Made by a program: the position numbers and the translations under genes. From Leptogorgia sarmentosa (Eukaryota), in assembly GCA_964658305.1 (NCBI GenBank), contig OZ210886.1, forward strand, positions 1-64,000: a DNA stretch of 64,000 nt. Reading direction: 5' to 3'. Below the pieces are notes generated by a model. It made no database searches, was not told the DNA's origin, and was given only the letters and a program-made list of their open reading frames with translations. Positions 36,601 through 59,577 of the stretch are shown piece after piece. Every line of letters begins with the position of its first letter. Position 1 is the stretch's first letter.

Positions 36601-38691
36601 ACACACCACATGATTCATTCTTTGTATATTTTATTTCTACAGAAAATATTTTGCTAGTGATAAACAATATGTAATAATTATTTTGTAATCTTCATGTATC
36701 TTTATGTACTCTATGAATATTTTTACTGCAATCATTATGTAATTAAAAATGCAATTAAAATAAATTCATATATATTTTATATTTAATTAATATATATTGA
36801 GTAAAATAATACATATGTCATAGTATGTCCAACAAACCTTATTTTGTTTCCTAGATTTTTCAGGATGCCATGTTTCAAGTGTTATACCTTTGGCAGTTGA
36901 TTGCAATTTTAGCCTTTAGAAAAATTAGTAATAATTGACTTAACCAAACAAATACTGTATTAAATAATTATTGAATGAAATTGAGTTAAGATATGTTGAA
37001 TTAAGGGAGAGCTTTCTGTTATCCCAAGACTACTTCATTAAGCTTAAGACAACATACCTACATTCATCCCACAAAAATTGTAATATAATTTGCTCAATTC
37101 TCTAAAGATAAAGCAGCAGAATTTTAGGGAGTTGGAGAAAGATTCCCCCTCTCAAATTTCCACCAATTTTTACTTAGGGGAGGGGGGGGGGGAGAATTCC
37201 TCCCTACCCTATTTCTCTATATCAGGTGACTTTGGTTACAGAATTAAGTTGATACTATACACAGACTTACCACAACCCTGTCTTTATTGATGTTAATACT
37301 AACTCCATTCACACAAAAATAACGAAAATCTTCAACCGTTATCTGTACATTTTCTTTGGGAAAAGTTTTTTTTACAACCTGGGATAATATCCAAGACAAT
37401 AAACTAAATAAAACAATAATACCGTATGTCAGTTTAATGGTAGAGCTTTTCCCAAGTAAATTACACTGGCATCTATATCTACATCTATATTTGTTAAGTC
37501 GGTAAAATCCTTTCGAATATCACACCAATCAGTGCCCTTTCCTCGATCATTTCGAGATAATTTCGAGAAATGATCGAATCATTTCATTTGCGATTCAAAT
37601 CTTTATTTTATTTATTAAAAATAATACGTGTTCAAATAATACACATGCATTCGACATCGACAAAAAATTCTCATAACTTAGGCAAGAAATTCGGCAGAAT
37701 AATTTTAGTAAAACTCGTCCCCAGAATGCTGAAAATGGCATTTGTGCATGAGGTTTCAAATTTCAAAATGTTTCGGGGAAGCATGCCCCCAGACCCTTCT
37801 AGAAAGGGGCACGTTTCATTACTATTTTACAACAGACAGATTTTGCCCCCCCCCCATAAGCGTACGAGGCGAGGGGACAAGGGGGGCAACCCCCAAAAAA
37901 TTCAAATCGGGAAATTCGGGCACCGATTTTGAGCATAATTCGGGCAAAAATTTGAGGAATAAGGTAATGTCAACAATCCTCCAGTCGTTCACCTGAACGA
38001 CCGTACCAAGAAAGTGGAGTTAGGACTCTGAAATCGCCGTTTCCGGCAATCCAGAGGTTGTAAAAGTTCAAAAATTTCTCGCTCGGCGCCAACCATGGTG
38101 GCGCCTCGTGACATTTGCTACCCTCAAATTCGGGCAAAGATCTTTCTGCCCCCCCCCCTGAAAAAATGTAGCCCGTACGCTTATGGTCCCCCCCACTTTT
38201 TGGGACGGATTGACGCCCTTGGTTGTAATTGCAACTTTAATGTTTTTTAATGAACTTTGTACTGTATATACTTCAACCAGTATGGAAAGTTAAATTTTTG
38301 TATGTGTCAGTGCGACAGACATTCTATTTAATACCCCCCCCTCCCAGAGTCCTGCCCCAATTCTGCAATTCAGGCACAGAGTCAGGGGATGTCATTATAT
38401 TATGATCAACGCTGAACGAGAACTGCGCATCGAAATCAAATACACGAAGGGTGAGCAAAAAGTCAAGTGATTCAAATCTCAAATAAAAAAAACATGTACA
38501 GGTGTGCGATGGCAAGTACATCCGTCATCTGTGCGGTCTATTATCAAAACAATCTTGAAATATAAGTTCTCTTAGCAATTTGCATTTAACACGGTAGTAC
38601 TAACTTACATATTGATGAAGCTTCTGCATGTCAGAAATATAAGCCAAAATAGGCAGAAAAATATAAAAACAAATCCAAGAGGAGTTATCAT
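27650..38691 (-). CDS. Bridge-like lipid transfer protein-related gene (~26 exons, roughly 1,100 aa): BLTP2/Fmp27-like TM-anchored N-terminus plus VPS13D-like C-terminal region and PH-like domain
   Basis: N-terminus MITPLGFVFIFFCLFWLIFLTCRSFINILLSWILSQVVKKTFPKENVQITVEDFRYFCVNGVSININKDRVVRIEQII. C-terminal exons give VVEETLIFAVLKDFG, RRFHFEHIEL...LPLDLKVIKNNLGIP...RFENA, IKKHYLKELGSQSARVLGSMHLFGN...QVTTGVASSYSKFTGSWSDLFG, GQEFLRRL, LLTNRKVYFLK...VKYETLY and KVSSKINELK. These are colinear with the VPS13D C-terminus as recalled. Exon joins at ~32400-33110 are uncertain. Confidence 0.8.
30948..31799. mobile_element. Non-autonomous DNA element with a nested ~150-bp palindromic MITE (31172-31330)
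   Basis: Outer ends CCGTATTTAGC / GCTAAATACG with internal GACGAATTATTCGTC motifs. Inner fold-back AAACAATTATTGGAT...GATATCAAGAATTATTCAGACC / GGTCTGAATAATTCTTGATATC...ATCCAATAATTGTTT. Intronic. Confidence 0.7.
36075..36350 (+). repeat. Purine/G-rich ~24-bp minisatellite (GGCATGAGGGGAGGGATAGGAGGG), intronic
   Basis: Directly visible. It is the source of three spurious Pro-rich ORFs. Confidence 0.9.
37855..38185. mobile_element. hAT-like MITE nested in another repeat (~37530-38222), in an intron of the BLTP-like gene
   Basis: TIRs CATAAGCGTACG / CGTACGCTTATG, flanked by C-rich tracts (TSD imperfect). A related terminus CATAGGCGTACGAGGCG occurs at ~54431. Confidence 0.7.
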
Positions 38692-39776
38692 ATTTCAAAT
38701 CGACCTTTGTTTTGGGAAGCCATTCACCTTTTTCATATCCATTCTTGCGCCCGTGAACATTCGGGTTTCGAACTCCAGCAACTTTAACTACTTCATGACA
38801 ATTGATGACCAAATGCAGTCTCCAGGATAACCACTGAGATATAATATTACTTTATTACGATAGAGTATTTCTTTAGCTCAGTGAGGATAACTGATAAACA
38901 TGCAAATAATAGATGACAATAGCTCCATATTCACGAAATAGCCCCCCCCCCAAAAAAAAAAACCCCAACTGAGACATAATGGTAAATAGACACAATGGAT
39001 AAATTAAAATTAGTATAATTATTATTTTGAAATTGTCAAAACAATTATCTGGCTAAATAAATGTTATTTTCTTTTAATTCTTATATACGATTTTTACGCC
39101 TAATTTTTGGAAATGAACCCATCGAATTTCCGTAGCAGGAAATTCAACAAATATATTTTATTTACACTGTTAAAGGCTGTTCGCATTATTTTGTTGTTTG
39201 AATAACGGGATAACGTGTTTCAGTGATTTTTCAAGATTCATTTTCAAAATCTACAAGGTATTAAAGTATTCATAAGGACATTTAGTGGTTCCTAAAACTA
39301 AATACTCATACGTACTACTCCGCTTCTAATTTTTGTGGCAAACGAGTTCATTTCCAAAATTGAACATGCTCATCATGTTCAAAATATTGTGCTCCCTTGC
39401 GCATCTATCTTGTGGCTAAACACGCGCTGCTCTGTACATGACTACTTCCCTATTTCTCCAATGCCATACGAATTATATGACTACAATTCATGACGACGCG
39501 GTCATACGACATTTTGTCTTCAAGAGTCAGGTTTTCGAACTTCCCATGGTCCTATTTTAACAAAAATGTTTAAATTAAAATTTTCATTCATTAATGAATA
39601 GGGTTTAGATCATGCAAGGAGACCACGGAATAAGAAATGAAACACGAATGAAAGATCTTAATACCCTCTCATTCCTCTGGCGCATATTAATAAATGTTCT
39701 ATTTCGGATAATCTTGTATAACCCCCCAGTTCTTTTTGGATTGCAATGCTCTGAGGTCCGATTTTCTTTCTTGGAA

Positions 39777-51745
<11,969 letters not shown>

Positions 51746-51974
51746 ATTTCAGATCAACAAATCTTTAAACTGCCGGGTAGCAAGTGAAAGGCACGCGTTT
51801 GCTCATGAAATTCTTCGTTCTGAGATACAACAGCGTAAAATAACACCTCCAAGCCACTCCATAATTCACTAGGAACACAAACGACCGATATACATTTGTA
51901 ATTCTTCTCAAATATGGTCAAATCTCAAGAAAAGTTGGCTAAATTTTTGCCAGATCAACTCAGGTTTACATTTC

Positions 51975-52062
51975 TCATCGTGACGTCACGTTCAGCTTCG
52001 CTCTGTGGCTGGGTGGTGGACTGGGGCGGATTTAATTATCACTGGGGTACGGGCGGGACACG
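51975..52062 (-). promoter_or_regulatory. Probable kinesin promoter: palindromic CRE and GC boxes
   Basis: CGTGACGTCACG at ~51979-51990, GGGGCGG at ~52023 and GGGCGG at ~52051, all ~240-310 bp upstream of the ATG. Confidence 0.5.
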
Positions 52063-53270
52063 ATTGATAACTGGCCGATAAGGGTTTCTGCTTTCACTTA
52101 AGTTGTTACAAACACAAAACACAAAACGCAGAATACGCAACTCGGCTAAAGTTCCCCAGAAATCTGGGCAGCCCCCTTTTTTGCTTTCTATCTAATATTC
52201 TAATTTTAAGGCTCTAAGGACGAGATTGTGTAATTCTATTTTTTGGGTACACCGTAGACATTCCCTCCACAGGGCTAGGCTCGCACGGGACGTTATGGCT
52301 CCTGGGGACGAAGATGTTGGATACAATAAGGCTATGTATGAATTGATGTTTGTTGAATTGAATATAGGTTTTGTTTAAGAATTTACAGAAAATTTTGAAC
52401 TGATAGAAGTGTCAACATTTCGTGGACAAGAAGAGCAGTAAAAGATATTATTAAAATGTGCCGATGTCGGGAGCGTCGCTGGTAAAAGTAACGGACTCTG
52501 CTTTTCGACTTTCGTTAACTAGTATTTAATAATATTTGAAGTAACAATGACTGGGGGCTTCTAATCGTTTAGAATTTTGGATATCGGAGTATTTTCTACC
52601 CTTTAATTTTTTTATCATTTTATGTATCATATAAGGGTATAGTTAGAGGAAATGTTAATCTGGAAGAAATTGAAATATATATGTACACCCTGCGAGAAAG
52701 CTTGAACATGCAATCAACATGCTAGGCAATGCCTAGTTCATACTTCGAACTCTTCATGTGTTGTACCTTGTGCGAATGAGCTCAAACAAAGTACATGGCT
52801 CATTAACATTAGGTTCAGGAAAAGTTCGGTCTTCGAACAAACAAAATCTCAGTGCTTTAATTAATAATTAAACAGTTTTTATTACAGTTGAGCAAATCTG
52901 AAACTAGGTACACTGAATAATTATTCCACAGGCCTTTTGACGGCGCCATTGGTGAAATTTCGCTATCACAACTACGAATTCTATTCTATTTTAAAATTAA
53001 TTTATCGATCGTTAATATAATATATTATAAGTCGTCTGAAAATAATTTTAGTCGTGAAAATTTTGAACTTAAAGAATGAACAAATAACCAATTCGGGGTG
53101 CTGTGTTGTTTACCATAACCAAGTTAAATGTCACCCGTCATATCAGTTAACATTAGAATAGAGCACCATTGCCCCCTCCCCCACCACTTCTCAAGAGAAT
53201 TCCCCACATTTCTTATCAATAAACCAAGACATTACTGACCAGATAGTGCCACCCTTGGATTCACGATCAT

Positions 53271-54248
53271 TTAAAAAATGTAAATTTGATCAAATATGCT
53301 ATGTTCTTTTATTCCTGTGTACGTGGGATTGTAGTTATAAATGCATGCAGTTTTTTCTTCTCTCTCTGACAAAAATTTATGCTTGCTAAATCTCGCTTCT
53401 TGGACAAAGAAATTGGACAAGTATTGACTTAGTTGTATTGATGCTGGAAAGTGTGGAATGACTTTCTCCCTGCTCCATTCGAAAGGGGGTTTTTCTGGAT
53501 GCCATTGCATTGAATAAAACGGATATTTCTTTGCCTCCATCGTCGACACAAATTCCACACCATTCCGGTCAACGTTTGTCGTAAGAATGTTGTAAAAACT
53601 TTTCAACTTTTCATTTTCTCGAAATAGTTTCACAGGAATACCTAAATCGTGAAAGTGCCCAGTAATGGGTGTTTGGTTGAATGCTCTTGCCCAATCGTTT
53701 GGAATGCCCCGGAATAATTTATAATCACGATAATTTTGCGGAAGGTTTAAAGGTGCAGTCATGTTATTTGAATCCGTGTAGATACGTAGATCAACTGTGT
53801 TATCATTTGCATGCAACATAGCTAGGATCTGGTGACCAAGACACATACCCATTATTGGAAAATACCCTCCTTCGTCAAATGTCTTTTTGGCCAGCCTATA
53901 TATGATCTTCGAAATGTTAACATAACTTGAATTCAACACACTTACTATTCCCCCAGGGAAAAGCACACCATTGATAGATTTGAATAATTTCACTGTTTCC
54001 GATTCTGTAAGATTGTTAAAGATGGGAATAACGCGAGCTCCTGATGATTCGAGAAACTTCACATAAGACGCAGCGATGTAGGTGTCGCCAAGAGGAGCGA
54101 ACGTCATGTTATGGCTTGATTGTGCCATAACTCCAATTATTGGTCGGATGGTTTGAATATCCCGTTGTGCACCGTTGGTGAGGTCGAATTGATAACAGAG
54201 AAGTATGTACACAAGTGAAGTAATAAAACATGTGTCCGCTTTCCCCAT
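53271..54248 (-). CDS. GGH: Gamma-glutamyl hydrolase (peptidase C26) with signal peptide, intronless CDS (open frame extends to 54308)
   Basis: Motifs RPIIGVMAQ, YIAASYVKFLESSGARVIPI, INGVLFPGG, catalytic GMCLG and QWHPEK, and YNYNPTYTG...FDQIYIF. The Met at 54248 precedes a hydrophobic signal segment. Confidence 0.95.
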   Translation of the reverse strand: MGKADTCFITSLVYILLCYQFDLTNGAQRDIQTIRPIIGVMAQSSHNMTFAPLGDTYIAASYVKFLESSGARVIPIFNNLTESETVKLFKSINGVLFPGGIVSVLNSSYVNISKIIYRLAKKTFDEGGYFPIMGMCLGHQILAMLHANDNTVDLRIYTDSNNMTAPLNLPQNYRDYKLFRGIPNDWARAFNQTPITGHFHDLGIPVKLFRENEKLKSFYNILTTNVDRNGVEFVSTMEAKKYPFYSMQWHPEKPPFEWSREKVIPHFPASIQLSQYLSNFFVQEARFSKHKFLSEREEKTACIYNYNPTYTGIKEHSIFDQIYIF

Positions 54249-55378
54249 TTTCTTTAACCGATAGTTTTGAAAAACGTTTTGAAATGATCCGTACGATTTG
54301 CGATTCATTTAAAACTATAAAACAAATTTACAGGTAATATACTATAGACGCAGGTGCTCCCATTAACTTCTGTCAATAGTCTGTCCAGCTAGCGTGAAAA
54401 CCTGCATGTCATGTTTGAAGTAGTTTCACGCATAGGCGTACGAGGCGGTTAAAAACCAAGTGGTTACCTTTTAGAACGCACATGTCAAAAAAGTAAAATA
54501 TTGAAAGTATCCGGTAAAAAATTGAATATTCATATAAGGAACATAAGTGTCAAGGCCGTTTAACATTACAGCCGCTTTGCCCGCGCGGGCAAAACGACCG
54601 CAATTAAAGGAAAAGGGATTTGAGGAACATGTTTGACACGTATACCCAGGCCCCGCAGGTGCACGTTCACTTATTTCTTCATATTTCGAGTATGAATCGA
54701 CTGTACGAACTCACCCTGAGGCTGAGGATGGTACATGGTAGGTAATAATTAGGAAAATAATCATGAAGATGCCTGGGTATGAGGTTGGAGCCTCTTAATC
54801 TTAAAAAAATCTTAAAGAAATCCATTTATGCAGGTCATTCATTCATTTGTTTTAAATCAATACTGCATCAACCAAGACCCTATAATCTAATTGTGTTATT
54901 TTTAACAGTGTTAAAAGAAGCTTAAAAGAATCCAAGACGCGTTTTCCTTCCAAGTCACGTATATGCCCCTATATAATGTGTGCCTCTTCGTGGTCTAAAT
55001 ATCAAGGCTATTATCATTATATCGTTAGTTTCCGGACTAGGGGCTGATTAGGGTTCGAAAAAAGCTGAATGCTGAACGAAGTAGGAAGTACGGTTACTGA
55101 CTTTGACTGGATCTTTATCTATTTTTCTATAAAAAGTGTTTTGTTGACGCAAAGAGACGCTGTTTCAGCTAATTATGTAAGGTTCAATGACCAAGGATCA
55201 ATTATCTATGGAAGCTTTCAAAACATATACAGAAGTTTTTATTATAGCACGAGCTTTTGTTGCCGTTCGTCAGAGGCTAATTTAAATTTCCGGAGGTGCA
55301 AAGCAATAACCCGAGATTAACAACATGAAAGAGTGATTTCTATATAATATAACAGCGGTGACTTTTTTGGGGGTAAAC

Positions 55379-57421
55379 CACTGAGCTATACTTAATTATC
55401 TGGAGATCGGGCTCTCCACTTTGAAGTGTCCGGAAAAACATGGCGGATGTGACGTCACTGGCGGACAGCTGGCGGACACCGCTCATGGGAATGTCCACTG
55501 ACCAGAGCTCGTTGCATTGCGGGCGACATAGTTCAACCCCCCCTGGATTTCAAGATTTTTCTTTTTTTATATTATAGGATTAACTGTGTTTTTTTACGTT
55601 CGGACTTCACAAAGTCGTTAAATTATAATATTTTCGCTTGAAATGAAAGAATTTAATGTACCAAGAGTTCAAACTGGAAATATAAATTTAAAACGAGCGC
55701 TATTGAATAAAGACGATGTGATGAAATACTACGAATATGAAATCAATATGAAATATACGATAATTACGATTGGATATTTCCCTAGCACTTAAGCATTATT
55801 TGGCAAATTCACCAGGCAGGCAGATACGAGCTGCTTTTATATATTGCATGGCATTTGAAATGTATTTATATAATCTAATCATCGCCGATTTTCAGAACAT
55901 GACTTATTGTGTACTTGCACCACACTGACATCTCTGCCACAACAACATTTTGTATTGTTTTTTAGTACAAATACCCATCATTTTCAGAAAAAAATTTTCA
56001 TGTTGTGATATACAGTACCATTTTACTCTTCTAGTCAATACATCAGAAATATTTTAATTTTTAGCCTGCTGACAGTGATTTCAATCTGTGTGCAAAATAT
56101 ATTTCAGCTTCTGAGGAAGAATTAGGTACTCCCATATTCTAGATTCATGCAATTTATTGTATAAAATCCAGGTAGAAAAACCTGTATTTGATTATCAACC
56201 TATCCTGAGAGCAGGGTAATTCATAATGGACAATTTTAACCATAGCCCAATCAAACCTGATGCCAATCCAAATACCTAAGCCCTCAACTCTGCAAGTGAG
56301 ACTTCATAAATTATAAATTATGTTGCCAGATCTGATATCTGCATTTGATGCATTGGTAATATGCAATTTACACCTCATGGGTGACTGTGTGCAGACAATA
56401 TAAAATCAACATATGTACATGTATATAATCTGATTTTATTCAAAAACTATTTTTCACAATGAGAATTTGTCAAAGTATGTTAAGGTTCATAGTGGTGGGT
56501 TGCCTCACTGGATCTATAATTCCTTTGAGGGACACCAATAACCAATTGTATGCCTCCATGTAAGGCAATGTTTCTTGCAATACCAACAAATTATTCCTGA
56601 CTAATAATTCCAGTTTTTTCTATAATTCAAGTATGCAGCCTTGTTTGTGATGTTGAGGCAATCTTTTTGAAGAAAAATACAGGATATGGCTTCTAGTCTT
56701 GAGTAGTCAGTTTGGCCTTCTCATTTTGATCCTTTCCAAACATATCAGGACAAAAATGCTCTTTATATATGTCTATCCCTCACAGGAACAAACTAGGTTA
56801 AATAATCCACCTCAGAACAACCTGGGACTTTTGACTAAAACTGGAAATTCAAAAATGAACACAATAAATACTCTTGTTATTGCTTGTGTGAAACATAAAA
56901 CAACATGTTCCCAGATAAATAAAAACTAAAGCAAAATCTACACAAACAATAAGTGCTTAGATGCTGTGTTTTTGTTGAAACACATGCATTAAAAAATCGT
57001 CCAACATTTTTTAAATGTTTACAACCAAAAAGTATCGAGCCTAGAGCGTTAATATAAATTTCTTACCGCTAAAGGGATACATCCTTTCTTCTGCACAAGT
57101 TCCAGCAGTATGAATGAGCGAAAATTCAGCTGATTAACACTTTTCGACAATTTTTAGACAGAAATATATCTTTGCAGGCAAATTGTACAACAATTTAATA
57201 TGGATTTTTAATTTCAAGGGGGGTGAAAATACTTTAATTTCTCATTCATTCACCGCATTTTTGCTTGTCAGTGGCTTTATCATGAAAATATGCATAATTA
57301 TGACGTCAAAATGACGTAAATTTGGTCAAAATCCGCCATGTTTTTGCGGACACTTTTTTGTCATTTTTTATATGAAGTTTTAGGAGAGCCCGATCTCCAG
57401 ATAAATAAGTATAGCTCAGTG
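55379..57421 (+). mobile_element. ~2.0 kb non-autonomous DNA transposon, copy A (P-element-like or hAT)
   Basis: ~38-bp TIRs CACTGAGCTATACTTA(A/T)TTATCTGGAGATCGGGCTCTC and an 8-bp TSD GGGTAAAC (55371-55378, 57422-57429). No transposase ORF. Confidence 0.92.
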
Positions 57422-57515
57422 GGGTAAACCCTGTATAGTTTTATATATAGTTCAGTGTTTTTTCATTATTTAGCTCTGACGCATGCGCAGTACCTATAGC
57501 TAAGAACCCTGGAAC

Positions 57516-59449
57516 CACTGAGCTATACTTATTTATCTGGAGATCGGGCTCTCATAAAACTTCATATAAAAAATGACCAAAAAGTGTCGCCAAAAACATG
57601 GCGGATTTTGACCAAATTTACGTCATTTTGACGTCATAATTATGCATATTTTCATGATAAAGACCACTGACAAGCAAAAATGCGGTGAATGAATAAGAAA
57701 TTAAAGTATTTTCACCCCCCTTGAAATTAAAAATCCTTATTAAATTAAGATATATTTTTATCTAAAAATTGTCGAAAAGTGTTAGTCAGATGAATTTTCG
57801 CTCATTCATACTGCTGGAACTTGGGCAGAAGAAAGGATGTATCCCTTTAGCGGTAAGAAATTTATATTAACGCTCTAGGCTCGATACTTTTTGGTTGTAA
57901 ACATTTTAAAAATGTTGGACGATTTTTTAATGTATGTGCTTCAACAAAAACACAGCATCTTAGCACTTATTGTTTGTGGAGATCTTGCTTTAGTTCTTAT
58001 TTATCTGGGAACATGTTGTTTTATGTTTCACACAAGCAATAACAAGAGTATTTATTGTGTTCATTTTTGAATTTCCAGTTTTAGCCAAAAGTCCCTTGTT
58101 GTTCTGAGGTGGATTATTCAACCTAGTTTGTTCCTGTGAGGGATAGACATATATAAAGAGCATTTTTGTCCTGATATGTTTGGAAAGGATCAAAATGAGA
58201 AAGGCAAACTGACTACTCAAGACTAGATATAAATCCAATTTATAGTTGTGTTTGTATACATACGTATATGTTTATACATTTGCTGTATTACTTTTGTGTT
58301 CAGCATCACATCTCCCATGTGCATCAATTTAATGTTGATATTAATTGGCTTAGGGATTTTTTAGGATCTATAGTGTTTCACTTACTTTGACAACTTCTTA
58401 TTGTGGAAAATAATTTTTGAATAAAATCTGATTATTTACATGTATATATGTTGATTTTATATTGTCTGCACACATCACCCATGAGGTGTGAATTGTATAT
58501 TACCAATGCATCAAATGCAGATATCAGATCTGGCAACAATATTTACCACAATGGTAATGCATGTAAAGACTTGTTCTTGTAATGTTATAATTTATGAAGT
58601 CTCACTTGCAGAGTTTAGGGCTTAGGTATTTGGATTGGCATCAGGTTTGATTGGGCTATGGTTAAAATTGTCCATTATCAATTACCCTGCTCTGAGGATA
58701 GGTTGATAAACAAATACAGGTTTTGCTACCTGGATTTTAGTACAATAAATTACAAGAATCTAGAATGTGGGAGTACATAATTCTTCCTGAAACGCTGAAA
58801 TATATTTTGCATACTGATTGAAATCACTGTCAGCAGGCTAAGAATTGAAATATTTCTGATGTATTGACTAGAAGAGTAAAATGGTACTTTATATCACAAC
58901 ATGAAAATTTTTTTCTGAAAATGATGTGTATTTGTACTAATAAAAAAACAACACAAAATGTTGTTGTAGCAGATTTGTAAGTGTCGTTCAAGTACACGAT
59001 AGGTCACGTTCATGATGAAATCGAGGATGAGATTACATAAAATACATTTCAAATGCCAATACAATATAAAAGCAGCTCGCATCTGCCTTCCCTACGTAGA
59101 TTTGTATCGCGTCGTCTTTATTCAATAGCACTCGTTTTAAATTTATATTCCCAGTTTGAACTCTTGGTACATTAAATTCTTTCATTTCAAGTGAAAATAT
59201 TATAATTTTACGACTTTGTGAAGTCCGCAAACGTAAAAAACACAGTGAATCCTATAATATAAATAAAGCAAAATCTTGAAATCCAGGGGGGGTTGAACCA
59301 TGTCGCCCGCAGTCCAACGAGCCCTGGTCAGTGGACATTCCCATGAACGGTGTCCGCCAGCTGTCCGCCAGTGACGTCACATCCGCCATGTTTTTGGCGA
59401 CACTTCAAAGTGGAGAGCCCGATCTCCAGATAATTAGTATAGCTCAGTG
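57516..59449 (-). mobile_element. ~1.9 kb non-autonomous DNA transposon, copy B, inverted relative to copy A
   Basis: Same TIRs with its own 8-bp TSD CCTGGAAC (57508-57515, 59450-59457). The internal sequence is the diverged reverse complement of copy A. Confidence 0.92.
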
Positions 59450-59577
59450 CCTGGAACGGCCCCTGGATATTTTTTAGTTTATGGTTGTTTTCATCATTTG
59501 GTTCGTTTCCATGGAAATTATTTAAAATGTGTGGCCAAAATATTGTGTATTTCCCGCATATTTTGATATGAAGGAGC

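Noticed and set aside
38600..38812. ORF-track frame MVINCHEVVK... as the N-terminus of the BLTP-like gene
   Set aside because: It ends in phase 0, but the next exon (~37403) needs phase 2. The frame starting at ATG 38691 fits and encodes the TM anchor.
56699..58238. Mirror-image 76-aa and 82-aa ORFs as a duplicated gene or transposase
   Set aside because: They are short, with no THAP/DDE motifs, and are explained by the inverted transposon copies.
55379..59449. A single foldback element or inverted-duplication assembly artefact
   Set aside because: The copies have different TSDs, many substitutions and different internal indels.
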